Shown here: in pieces, positions 13,264-25,715 of the stretch
How the letters are laid out: every line of letters begins with the position of its first letter
Numbering within the stretch: position 1 is the stretch's first letter
Assembly (NCBI GenBank): GCA_051362555.1
Contig: CM120640.1
Span: forward strand, 34,057,967 to 34,121,966
Direction of reading: 5' to 3'
Source of the DNA: Lingula anatina
Lineage: Eukaryota; Animalia; Brachiopoda
DNA length: 64,000 bases
Notes under the pieces: model-generated
Databases searched by the model: none
What the model was told of the DNA's origin: nothing
What the model saw: only the letters and a program-made list of their open reading frames with translations
Made by a program: the position numbers and the translations under genes

Positions 13264-13989
13264 TATGACCTTTTAGCGACGAAAGATTTGCCTCCTGGCA
13301 AAGTTAATCAGCATAATAAGACTTCCTGAACTAGAGTCCTCAATACAGTAGCAGTAGCGTTAAGAATAATAAAGGTTACGATAAAAACGAGAATATAAGC
13401 ATAAAATATGTGTTTAATTTCTATAGTATATAGTATCAAGTAAGATTTAAAAAATGATGCACTAAAAATTAAGTGAAAAAATATGTATGTACAATTCGAT
13501 CATAGTTAAAGAAAACAACCAATGAATTAAGCCTGCTTCATTAATATTTTACCGTGGCTAACACTGTAATAAACTCTGAGTACAATTTTGCGCAGGAACG
13601 TAAAGAAAAGTTGTAATATAAAATAGATCTATATAATTGTGGTCTATGAATATGCAAGAGTTCAAATACTATAGCTTGTCCATTGCAGTAAAGAGTCAAG
13701 TTCTGAATGTACATAGTACATAATTACACTGAGTACATTAAAATATGCATGAACACGTCCAGTGTGGCATAGTTCATTCTGGAAGTAGGACTACTAATAG
13801 TCGCTTACATCATGGATATTGCCGGATAAAAGTAAGTGTTTAGTCTATTAGGATGGAGTTGGAGCTGGATCCCGAGGGATGTAGTCTGTTGGGTGTGCGA
13901 CGTAGTCGGCTGGTGGTGCAGGTGGTCAGCGCATCCTGGATGTGTATGCATAGGCACGTGCGAACTCTAACTGACCGGAAAGTTGATTG

Positions 13990-14330
13990 AAACATCAGGG
14001 TTCTGTAATGTTAAGAAACGGGAATGGAAATCAAGATTGGTATTGTGATTGTCTAGGAAATCTATACCAAGGATGACTGGTCGAGGGAGGGTACGTAATA
14101 CATGAAATAGATGTTTATAAATATGCGATCCCATTGATTTGAAAATTGACTTCTATTGTGCCCAAAACTTTAAGCGGTACATCACGAACTCCAATGACAT
14201 TTTGAATGGCGATGGGTGGGCTAAGTTGGGATTCAGAATAACCTAAGGAACGCAAGGTTGGTCTAGATATAGGTCCTACATGATATTGAAGCACCAGTGT
14301 CAATGAGGGTATCAAATTTCTTGTTCTGAA
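13990..14330 (-). pseudogene. Retropepsin-type aspartic protease remnant
   Basis: Minus-strand reading KFDTLIDTGASISC (~14278-14319), then a frameshift into ISRPTLRSLG...LKVLGTIEVNFQING, then HLFHVL...PVILGIDFL. Confidence 0.85.
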
Positions 14331-14409
14331 CTACAATAAAAATAGAATTTTGGATGAGTGGTTTTGAAAGTACCCCTACGGACTGATTGTGTTTTCGTGG
14401 GTGTAACCG

Positions 14410-15361
14410 TCATTGCCATCTGCTTGAACGGCAAACACGGGCAATGTGACCTATTTTACCACAATTGCGACATGCAGCCTGACGAAAAGGACAAAATTGA
14501 CGAAAGTGTACATTACCACAGCCATTGGACTGTTGTCCTCCTCTGCTGTTCATCTGTTGCTGTCCAAACGTGGGTCTCTGTGGTGGGGGTCGGGCTGCTA
14601 AACTTGCATGATTGAGGTTCCTGTCGTCTGTTTTATGCACAGTTGGTGATTGACACAAATGGCCTTGCCACTGGAATCTGCCTGACGGTTGATTGCCTTG
14701 GGGGTGATGAAATCGAAGCTGGCGTTCAGTGACTGGTAGGACAGGAGCTTGGGCAGGGACAGGGTTTTCAGATAGTGTTGTCATCTTGGTAATTGTGGAT
14801 TTTATTTCATCTAATTGGGTGCTCAGGGCGTTCAGTGTCACCGTGGCTGATGAGGGCTGAACTGCTGTCTCAGCTTGGCAGGCATGCTGGACGAGGTGCT
14901 CAAATGTCTGTGGAGCATGTTGAGCTACAAACGTCCTGATTTCAGGTAAAAGCCAATGTAGGACTGCCTGAATGGTTTGCTCAGTAGGGAGCTGGACTTT
15001 CGTGGCCTCGCGTCTCATTTTAGCAATGTAGTCTTGACCTGGCTGGTCTGGTTTTTGAGTCTTATGAAATAATTTCGAGACCGTAACCCATCTGGCGTTC
15101 TCCGTAGGTTTAACCGCTCCTTTTAAGAAGTTTTAAAAAAACTTGTTTTAAGGAGTCAATGGTACCTTTTTGTTGATCTGACAGCGTGTCAAACCAATCC
15201 AGGGCCGCATTTTTCAGCAACAGAGGAAAGGAAGCAAGTTTCTGTGCCTCATTCATGTTGCGATAGGTGGTGTGATTTTCAAAATGCGACAGCCACCTGT
15301 CTGGGTCTTCTTGAGAGGTTCCATTGAACTTATCTGGCAAAAGGTGTAGTTCTGTTGGCAT
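14410..15361 (-). pseudogene. gag: Retrotransposon gag (frameshifted near 15110-15125)
   Basis: ORF 15110-15361 (PDKFNGTSQEDPDRWLSHFE...LLKNAALDWF) is capsid-like. It continues in another frame through KPTENARW...DYIAK into ORF 14410-15018, ending in the CX2CX4HX4C knuckle CRNCGKIGHIARVC. Confidence 0.88.
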
Positions 15362-15752
15362 GGCGACGGCAGGGGCAGCGGTAGGGGTTGTTGAGCGGGT
15401 GGAGGTGTCTTCTGAGTCACTTTCAGAAGCAGTTCATAGAATATGATGTGCAGACAAATCTTCGGAACTCACGCTGTGATTGGATTGTTGATCGTCGTCT
15501 AGTGAAGGGGACGGTGGAGAGGATGGCGTTCCTGGTGGTGAAATGTGCTGCTCGGTACCTGTCTGAGTCGATGTAGGAGCAGGAGGATCTGACTGCGTAG
15601 ACTGTGATGAGGAAACAGGCTGTTGTTCACCTTTTTTTCTGTCGGGTATTTGATACAGGTGCCGTCCAGTAGTCCTGCGGTCTTCTTACCGACATCTGTT
15701 GTTATCTTTGGCAGCGAGAGGTCTGGGTGTCTTATCAGGTCCTGCACCAATT

Positions 15753-16381
15753 TGTTACGAAGTTATTTACTTCGTAACTATTGATGAAAGGAGTCAGTTC
15801 TCGGAATATATTTTATTTCTGAACTGCAGCTTACAAGATTTCTAAGTGCTAATTTCAACCCTGAGGTCACTGCTCTCACGAGTTGCTGATCCCCTGATTT
15901 AGCACTTGAGCGTTTTGGAATTTAACTAACTTTTCAATAAATTTCACATTTATTTATACTATAATAAATAGCGTACCGTGTGCAAGTAGATAAGTACCGT
16001 GTGCATTTTACCATATATGGTCAGAATTACTTTACTTATTAACCAGTGCTGATTGCATGGACAATAATGTTATCATCATAACTAAATGCTGAATTACATG
16101 AGATTGGTTATACAGATCATTTACGACATGCAGCTAATATCTTTACCTTATTATGTATAATGTGATGCAGGAGGCAGGTCGTCGTTTTTGCTTAGGTATC
16201 AATGTCCAAATTTCCATAACTAATTGTCACGCCTCAAAAATGAAACATGACTTCGCAAGTTAAATGCAAAGACGGTCATGCGGTGCACGACACAGTGCAT
16301 AGGGTCAGATAGTACTCGATATATCAAAGAGGGTTTTTTTATTTTAAAATTTTCATTTCAAACGTTTGTTACCCCGTGACA
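15753..16381 (-). repeat. 5' LTR
   Basis: Plus strand begins tgttacgaagttat and ends ccccgtgaca. Minus-strand TATAAAT at ~15952-15958 and AATAAA at ~15812-15817. Confidence 0.92.
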
Positions 16382-17249
16382 CAGAAGTACCTTTACAACC
16401 CTGAATTAAAGGAAATATCACCCCCAACAGGACTATCGTCCTTTTCGTCTCATTTCGGGTAACGGGTATAGGCCTACTTGTGCTTTTTCTTCTCTGAATT
16501 TGTTCTGGACTGGGTACCACTGCAATGCACTGCACTGCAAGTCGAAGTTAGTGTCTTTTCAAAAACGAACCTGGCACCCTGAAACTAGTGTCGTTTTTTT
16601 AAAAACGATTCTGACGCTTAGAAACCAAAATCGTTTTTGCGGTGGGAGACAAGACTGGACGGAGGAAGAGGAGTCAGGTGATTAGCGTCTACTGCAACCC
16701 AGTCTGCTTGCGTTATAATTGTACCTATGGTAATAAAAGATATATTATATATAATGATATATATATAATAGAATAAATGAATAAACTAAAATAAAAAAGC
16801 ATATTCGGAGTTTTGTTTCTGAAGTTTTCATAATGAAATATATATATATATCCGTATGGTGCATGTATGTTTTTTTTCTCTTCGGTTCGGTTAAAATACT
16901 AGTACTTGGTCGATTTTAATAGTTTATCTATTCACTTTCCATATATTCAATTCTATTCTTATAATGGGTTTTTTAATATATCATTATATTTTACATTATG
17001 GTAGACTGGTGCAGTATGTTAAGTCGTTTTACGTGTTTTTTTTATTCATATGATTAACAAATCGGAAAAGACAGTTGACTGTGAGCATCGATGATGCCCG
17101 TACAGTTTGTAGATAACATGTACTGTTGGTGTTATTTTTTATAAAAGACTGTTATTTTATTTGTAATTATGCCAGTTCAAATTGCATTATTATCACCATC
17201 TCTGTGGTGATGAAGATGAAGCACGCACAAGCGCGTGCACACACACATT

Positions 17250-17300
<51 letters not shown>

Positions 17301-17455
17301 AAGCAACCTGCTAAGCTACCGATTGCAGCAGAGAAGATAATTTCTGTTTCCCTCCAGATGGCGCCAAAGAACGGTTTGGTTTGTCAAACCTGGCAAAAAC
17401 TGCTCAGATTGCAACATGACGTAGACCATGTAAGGATGACCAGTGACCTACATAA
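16382..17455 (+). repeat. Right arm of repeat copy 2 (resumes after the LTR element), with (CA)n at ~17258-17298
   Basis: Similar to 10570-11295. Segment ~16555-16700 also matches 24665-24800 in inverted orientation. Confidence 0.75.
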
Positions 17456-20400
17456 TGCCATTTTACTTTGGGGTGTGTAAGGTTCTAAAGCTTAATTTAA
17501 TTAATTTAATCCAGTGTATTGTGAAATAAGCAGGAAACAAAACCTTGACGTGCATTATTATTTTAGTGAATCGTTAATTTAATTTTGTCTGTCATATTAT
17601 GGTAATTGATAAATACCCAGGAGAAAGGGGTGGTTCTTCCTGCCTCCTACCCCCATGGATCATTTGAAACATGAACCCTTGGAAGAGATGTCACTTTGTC
17701 TTCAGTTCTGAGTGACCAGGGTGTGGATGCAGGGCGGTCAGGATACAAGTATATGGATATTTCATTTTAAACCGATTCGTCGAAACGTTCTAAGACAATG
17801 GTTTTAGGTATTTGTCGATAACTTATCTTTGATGCATTTTTTTAAAAAATGGATTTGACGCTAGCATGTTGAACATTGAGTTTTGATATCCACCGATATT
17901 TTCCTCACGTGATATTTTGTATCCTCCATGTCTCCTTTATTTCGTCACGTAGCTCATGAAAGTGAAAATTGCGGTTGTGCTTCATGTTAACCGCACAGAT
18001 TTTTTAAACTACACCGGTAGATATGATGTGGCAGAAAAGTTTTACATGCGAAAAAGCCAAGATGAGGAAAACTCTGTGGGTGTTGAAATTTAGTGAGTGG
18101 TTTTTCATAAAATTGTGTCATAATTATACTACAGCAAAAAAAGTCACAGTTGAAAATTAAAGAACAGGATTAAAATTAAGTGATATAATTCCATTTTTAA
18201 TTTTGGCATGTTTTCACAAATGATACCATAAGATGTAGTATTTCGATCCATTGAAGTATGTGACCTAGTTAATAGTTACACTGCGTTCTGCGTGACTGAT
18301 TATGCAAGCAGCCATTTTCAAGGCATAAGGGGCGATTTGTTAACGCCAATTTGCAAGTAATGCTTGAACGTAATTTTGATATTTCTTATTTATGGCTAAT
18401 GTCAATATCACGCTTTGTAATCAAAACGCTCTGTCCAAAGCAATTTGCCATGATTTTGTCCCTCCAAATTTTAAAGCCTTTTGTTTAAAAAATAAAAAAT
18501 GTAACACTGCGAAGTCACTAGTAACAAATTTCGTTTTATTTCGCCAAAGAACAAAACCGCCACTTATGCCTTTGAACATGTTTAAGCATGATTGCAAGTC
18601 TGAGTTTTCCTCCGCGACGTTTGTAAAACTATTTGCGGTATTCTCCAGCAAGGCAGCAAGTTGTGACTTGACGTTTATTTCAATGCAAATATAATGCTCA
18701 AAAATACGGAAAACTTGTTTTTCCAGTCCGGGAAAACTGACAAATGAAGCTCAATTTGACCTTTTCACCAGTTCTGCTCACATAGTTTTGCACATTTGAT
18801 GATTTATGTTACTTGTTCACGTCCTTTGAAATGCATTGAAGAGAAATAAATCGTACTGAAGCAGTCTTAAGTTATTGATCTTCCAAATAACATACAATCA
18901 ATTTTATCCATTTCTAAAATGGTATAATGCTTAATTGACATTCTATCAAAAGAAAGTCTTTTTTTTTCTAAATTTCACTTGTCACTCGGAACTTAACATT
19001 TACAATACTTTCACTTCTTTCGAACTCCTGGAATTAAATTCTTAATTTTGAAGGCATGCGATGCGGCTTAGACCTTTAACAAATCAAAAATAATCTGGAA
19101 ATTTCAGCAACGTTTCCTTTAGATTTACTTTATCCAAAAACCGTTTGAAAACTTCGATCTGAAAACCCCATTTGGGGTTACACATTTCTATAATTCTATA
19201 ACCACGTGTGGAATTCACAATTATCTCCATAGCGAGGGTGACTCAAAATTTAGCTACTTAAAACTCGTACCTGTATAATCTTTTGAAGTTTGAAAACTTG
19301 CTGTCTTGTTGAGTGAAAAGTGTCTTTTTATGGATCATAATTTATCATTTTGTTTGAGTAATGGCGTATATAAGTTCACACATTTAAGACTCAATTTGCG
19401 AAAATTACATGTAGTAGCAAACTGATTTGGCTAATTCAAGTCTACCTGTTAAACAGTGCATAAAAAAGAATATAGATATATTAAACGATTTTTTAATCTG
19501 AATTTGCTCATCTCTATTGTAATCTTAATATCACTGATTTTTCTAAAGTTAAGGTGAATAGTATGTGCAATATTCTTTGTATTTTTTTTTTTTTCAAATT
19601 ATGATTTGCATTTGTGGCATTAATTTGTTGATCAGATCGCACTTTCGCATAAAGATGAAGGGAACAGTCATGTGATTCAAAGTTTATCATTTTCAAAACT
19701 GCTGCTTTTTAACAATTCAATCTCGGCAGCATCCTCAGTGTAGCGAGCAGCAGACGCAAAAATGCTGTTTATATTATTTATGTTCAGACATTTAAAACCA
19801 TTTGCTACAAAAGTTTGGACTCAAAAATATAAATGCAAGGTGGCATAAGTAATACCATGATTTGCCCCTCCATTTTGCCTAGGTTTGATAATTACACATG
19901 TTGCAATTGCTAAAATGCTTTTTTTTTTCAATCAACAGTATATGTTGGGGATTGTTTTTTCACATTCCCCATTGAAGTGTACATCTTGTAGTGTATATGA
20001 ACGTATTGCTTGCTGTTAAATGTAGAAATTTATTTCACAAATGGCTTGTGACAATTTTTTGCAAAACGTAAGTAAAAATGTGTATTTTTCTTCCAAGCAT
20101 TATCTGTCGTATTAAATGTAGAAAAGTCATATCCTGAGAAAACTCCAAAGCACCTTATGGTCAAATTGAAACAAAAACAATGGCAGGTACATGGTATTTT
20201 GAAAGGGTGTCACATTTTGGAATTCTTTGCAATTTGGAGTATTTTTGTGACTTTTAAAATTCAAAGCACCTTCAACTTTCGATTTTTCCTGCGGTGGTGT
20301 GAGGTGAGACAGCTACTAGAACTGCCTTTGTTTTTGTTAAAGGGGAAATTGAAAAAATCTGATTGTTATTTATATCTGAAATAATTTTTAGTAATATAAC

Positions 20401-20944
20401 AAGATGTAACATTAGCCAAGTGGTTCATTAGATAGTTTATTTATCAAATCAAACTTGAGCGATTCTTAATGCAGATATCAATATTTTTGTTTTGCATATC
20501 TAAATGTTCAAAACTTAATGTGATTAAAATATTTTTTAAAATTCTTAACATGTAGATGTTTGTAAAAATGAGAATACATCAATGGAAGTTTATTTTGCTC
20601 CGAATAAAATACTTTACAATTATATGTAAAATGGCTTGGCGTTTTCATTGGCTCGGAGGAACTCTAAGGGTGGGGGTTCGATTCGGGTACTTGGAACGTA
20701 TTAAATTCTTTTCCAGAAGGGCTTTTAAAAATTTCCCTTGCTTACTATAAAAGGAAAGTCTACCAGGGGTGGGTGGGCGGGAACACTTGGGAGAGTGGAT
20801 AGCACGCGAGACTCGGTCCCAGCAAGACTTGGGTTCGAAACCTGGCGCTTCTAGGTCCCAGCAAATTACCTTTTACAAAAAAATTCCAAATGAGTGATTT
20901 AAAATGCGACAAGAGGGTCCTGCAACAATTGCGAATCAAGATGA

Positions 20945-21010
20945 CTGAGTGGCTCAGTGGATAAGACAGCAGAATAGTGAGCAGAAGATCAAGGGTTCGA
21001 ATTCTAGAAA
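20945..21010 (+). other. tRNA-derived (SINE-head-like or pseudo-tRNA) sequence
   Basis: A-box TGGCTCAGTGG and B-box GGTTCGAATTC at tRNA-like spacing; no convincing cloverleaf. Confidence 0.5.
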
Positions 21011-24000
21011 AGGCTGAAACATTTTTGCAAGTTTTGAACGAAGTTTATTATTGTCAAAATGAAATATTCAAAGCATTAAAATTTTTACAAAAATAATGAA
21101 AATAACATTTTGCTCTCTGAATTAATATAAATTAAAATTTAACTAACAGAAAAAAGACGGTATATATCTGTAAAAAAAGTCAAAAAGATTTTATGCATTT
21201 TGAACATTATTACTTAAATACAAAATCATTTAATTTATGAAAATTGAAAGGCTTTGGCAAGAACTATTAAAAGCCAAATAGATTTTGAACAAATTATACT
21301 TGCCAACTTTTTGTCAAAGTTGACATTAGTGCGTTGTCCTCATGGAATTCCATTAGAAATACATTTCCGTCCAAATTCTGAGGTTGTAACAATGCAAATA
21401 ATCTGTTTAAGTGTCATACGTGCACTAACACACACGCGCATGTAAACACACCTTGTCCTATGTCGTCTTGTTGATGTTTCTTAATGTTTGTAAGATTCCT
21501 GGTTGTTTTGCCAATCGATACTTTTTTTAATTTTTGTTTTCTTTGCACTAAATCCAAAAATAAATATCATACATGGCGTGACTGTAGAATGAAAATTTAC
21601 ATTTTCAAAGCATGGGAATCAGGAACGACAAATAGACAAGGAAGGTTTACAAGACTATCCAAGTCTTAGACAAATTCAGAATAACATACAAACAAAACTG
21701 AAAAGGTAAGGCATAAATCAGTAAACTTGAAGTGACTTTTCACATTCACTTAAATAAACTCTGGTTCTCGGTGATCAGTGATGATACTAAGCACAAATAA
21801 CACAACATGCAGGACTGATATCTAACCAAGCCTGTCTTTCTCAATCACCCCTTGCTCCTGAAAAAATTAAAATTTATAAGAATACAGGACAACTTTAATT
21901 AGAGCGCCCCTCTGCACATTTTGGTCATGTTTTCACTTAAAATTCAAATGTTTTTCACTTAAAATTTCAAAATTCAAACCAAACGAAGTATTAAGGTTTA
22001 CATACACTTTGGTAGAATATTGAATTTGCCATTTAAAGGAACAAAATACTTTGAAATAACATTTTTAGTTGATAATTCGGTAAAATTCCTAAATATATAA
22101 CTGGCCAAACTGTTCGTGTAACCGATAAAATGATAAATAGTATAACCTAATCTTAAAAAAAAAATAGATTTTGTTTTAGAATTATTAATGTTCACTATCT
22201 TTTTGAGCAAAATTGACAAAATTTGCCAGTCTAAAAATTCGTCGAGTCCTTTCAGAATACTCATTACCTCCCGAAAATTGGGATTTGCGACAGCTCAAGT
22301 GATTTTGAAAAAATGGAATGCAAAAGGCTATGATTAATGTCAGTTTTAGAAACATTTTAATGGACAAACGATATCTAAATGAGGTCCATTTCCCGTTTTT
22401 ACTTTTCGACACTTCTATGTTAAACGACATATGAATGATCCCTATCCTGGGAAATTTTTGTAGCCAACTATAGGAACAGTTTTCTTACGGTAGACGCAAC
22501 AAATATCTTCTACTACTGTAATATTAAATTAATTTTTATTACGGATGGCAATCTTTGCCCCACCCCATTGTATAACGCCCAGCACTGAAAACACCGAGAA
22601 CCAGAGGAAGGTTATTCAAAGCCACAGTGTCATATTCATAATTGTTAAAAGATCATTACAGTACATGTGGACAAATCTGTAGTAACGTGGGCACATTTTG
22701 CCCGTTTCTCAATGTTGGGATTTCTAAGACATACGTTTTATTAACAGTGTCTTTTGTAAATTTTCATCTCTTCCTTTTTCGACTGAACACACGATGAATG
22801 TAATTTAAAATTTAATATATGCATTTTACGCTATGCGGTTGCAATGTCTTTCCTTCCCAGAAGCCCAAATCATTTTAAATAAATAAGATTACGTTTTCAA
22901 GTTTACAGTGAGGTGTCAAGTTGCAGATTTGCCCACAAATTTTCAGCGACAAAAAGAAAACATTTCTCTTCTTGGAAATTAATATATGATAATTTTAAGA
23001 CAACCACTTTATCATTTTTATACAGACATTATTCTCTAAAATGAGAACTTCAAATAAAACGTTTCAGGTTCAAAAAGGGGCGGGTATCAACCCCGACCCA
23101 AAAGTATACATAATGACCATATCACCAAGATCAGATAGAACACTGTACTACGACATAATTACATACAATTACCAAAACAAGCAAACCAGCATCATGCAGG
23201 ACGGACGCTTAGTATGGATTTAATTTCTATGAGAAGTTTCATAAACGAAAAAGCTCATTTTATTTAACTTTTAATTTGATATACGTTTTGGAGCAGAATG
23301 TTACAACCAAAAGCAAACATAACATTCCGTACTAAATGTCGTCCCTGCAAATTAACGAGCAGACAAACGTTGGCATTGGAGGGAATCTTGGCATGGGTGT
23401 GGGGCTGTATGTGTCGAACACGAAACGTGTCTCTGAGTAGGACGCTTCTGGTATCTTCGTAAACGGCACTTAGAGTCACTGGAATAAAAGGAATAAATTC
23501 ACATTCATGAAACAATGTCTTAAGATCTGATAAAGCAGCACATGTTCATTACAGCGATTCGTGTTAGTGTTCTTTGCGTTATACTTAACAAATAGCAATT
23601 AAGCTTTAAAATTATACAAACATATATTCATATTGAACCGTATTGAACATAGACAGCTGATGGCCTCAGAAACAAAAGGGTACCCAAGAGGGAAAGCAAA
23701 GAGAAAGTATCCTTCACGTCAGTTAGATGTCCCCGTGGTCATTATGCATAGAGTGCACCACTTCGGGAGAATAATATCGTCAATGCAAAACTAAGAAATG
23801 CTACAATACATTTCCATCATCTGTACGGGACTTACGAAATACTGCTGCCGGGTTCAGTGTCATCTTTTCGGCCTACATGTGGCAGTAACAGTAATATAGC
23901 ATGGGACATCCTTCTTCTCCATTTTCTTCTAACCCAAGTCCCACCTGAACACCTCTCACAAAAACGCTCACCTGATTTACATTAAAATGAAGAGGTCACC

Positions 24001-24664
24001 TACCTTCCGTACGGACGCCTCGGTTTGAATTATCGTCTTGTTTTATGAGAAGGCACAATTAGTCTTCATGTCCAAAAGAGGATTAGGGGTTGATAAAGTC
24101 ATAATGACACACACGCACACACCGCACACACACACACACATAACAACAACAACAAAAAAAATTAATAAAAATAAAGCGCATTTTCAAAGTCAACATACTT
24201 GACATTGCGTGGCTGGGTATATAATTCAGCTTTTACAGGTCGAAAGAACGAACTGGGGCAGGATGATAGAAAAAAAAACAGGATTTTCATTCAATCTTTA
24301 GGTAATTTTCCATAAGTAAACTATACAGAATTAATATTTTAACTGTTTATGTATAAATAAAACACACATATTAAAGCTGAGCAAAATATTTAAAGGAATT
24401 TGTCTATATTTGAAGTATATTAAGTTTCTCTTGCTTTTAAAATTCTAAAGGAAAATGTTTGGCGCGTTGCTTCATTAAATCACTTTTAGTAACCGTTAAT
24501 TGCATATAATTAACTAAACGAAATTCATAAAGAAAATCTACAACATGTCGTGTGAAAAAAAACCTAGGATATTTTGGGGTAGACAACGATTGGGGGTCGT
24601 CTCGGTCTCAGCACACGGCAAAAGAGACCGTAATATTCAGCACAGCTTCCGCAGTAAAGGTTAC

Positions 24665-24800
24665 CTGGTCTCGGTAGACGCAAATCGCCAGTCGCCTCTC
24701 CCTCCGTCCACTCCTGTTTCCATCCGCAAAAACTATTCTCGGTTTTTTTTTCGAAAAACGACACTGGTTTCTGGTTGCCAGAATCGTTTTTAAAAACAGT
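24665..24800 (-). repeat. Diverged inverted fragment of the repeat at 16555-16700
   Basis: Reverse complement ...aaaaacgattctggcaaccagaaaccagtgtcgttttt...tttttgcggatggaaacaggagtggacggagggagagg...gcgtctac parallels 16560-16695. Confidence 0.7.
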
Positions 24801-25715
24801 CAATATATTACTTCTGTGAGGGAACCAGAGATGAAGAACCCGGCTTGGGGATGCGGATGGTGGGGAAAAAAGCCAATGCATATTTTAGTCTCTCATCATT
24901 TCAGTTCTGCTGTGTAGAAACGGAAATCATTATTTGGGAAACGGATAATCGCATACAAACTTTTTAAAGAAAATATTTACTGGATCTGGGAGGCCCATCG
25001 AGAAATCTAAAAAAAAAGAGATCTTAAAAAAAGGTAAGAAATATGACGGCGACACGAAAGCGTATCGAAAGCTGTGCGATGAATACCATTGGCGACCGAT
25101 ACGAGCGCAGTTAATTTTTATTTATTATTCACAGTTTTCTCACCATTATCTAGTTCATGTGTTTAAGAAATCTTCCGTTATTATTCTGTGATAAGCCTTC
25201 TTAGTGACTTTGACATAATTCAAAATGACTTATTCACAAGGACTCTGCCGTTCTCTTGGTGTTATTTTCAGCTAATGGACATTGTTTTTCTTTGTTTGGA
25301 TTTCTCTGAAGCAAAAATATCTGAATATTCTTTTTATCTAACAAAAACAATATATCTATTTTGTTTGCCAATTATTACTTTAATGGAATCTTGCATCATT
25401 GAGGAGATATAAAAAGCATTATTGTTCTTAAAAATTTTATTAAAGAGAATGTTTTCACTAAATACTACTATAATAAGCACTACCAAATTGCGTTTAAACA
25501 ATTAAAAAAATTCAATTTATAAAAATAACGAACTTGCAAAAGATAATACAATTAGTTTATTTGGATTATCAAATCTAGAAGTATTTACAGGTTTTAAATA
25601 TAACCAACTGAACCAACATGACAAGTTAAGAGACTTGTCGTATAGGTAGGCAAGTCAGTTCACCACCTTGGCAAATAATGCTAATGTTCCAATTTAAAGT
25701 TTCAAAAATCACAAA

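Larger units (their letters stand above)
12634..16381 (-). mobile_element. Ty3/Gypsy-like LTR retrotransposon, non-autonomous (gag and protease remnants; no RT, RNase H or integrase recognisable)
   Basis: Two ~630-bp direct LTRs (12634-13263, 15753-16381) with TG...CA ends. PBS-like TGGTGCAGG just inside the 5' LTR on the minus strand. Gag with CCHC knuckle; protease LIDTGASISC...VILGIDFL. Confidence 0.92.

Noticed and set aside
20945-21010. Functional tRNA gene
   Set aside because: A/B boxes are present but acceptor and anticodon stems do not pair convincingly
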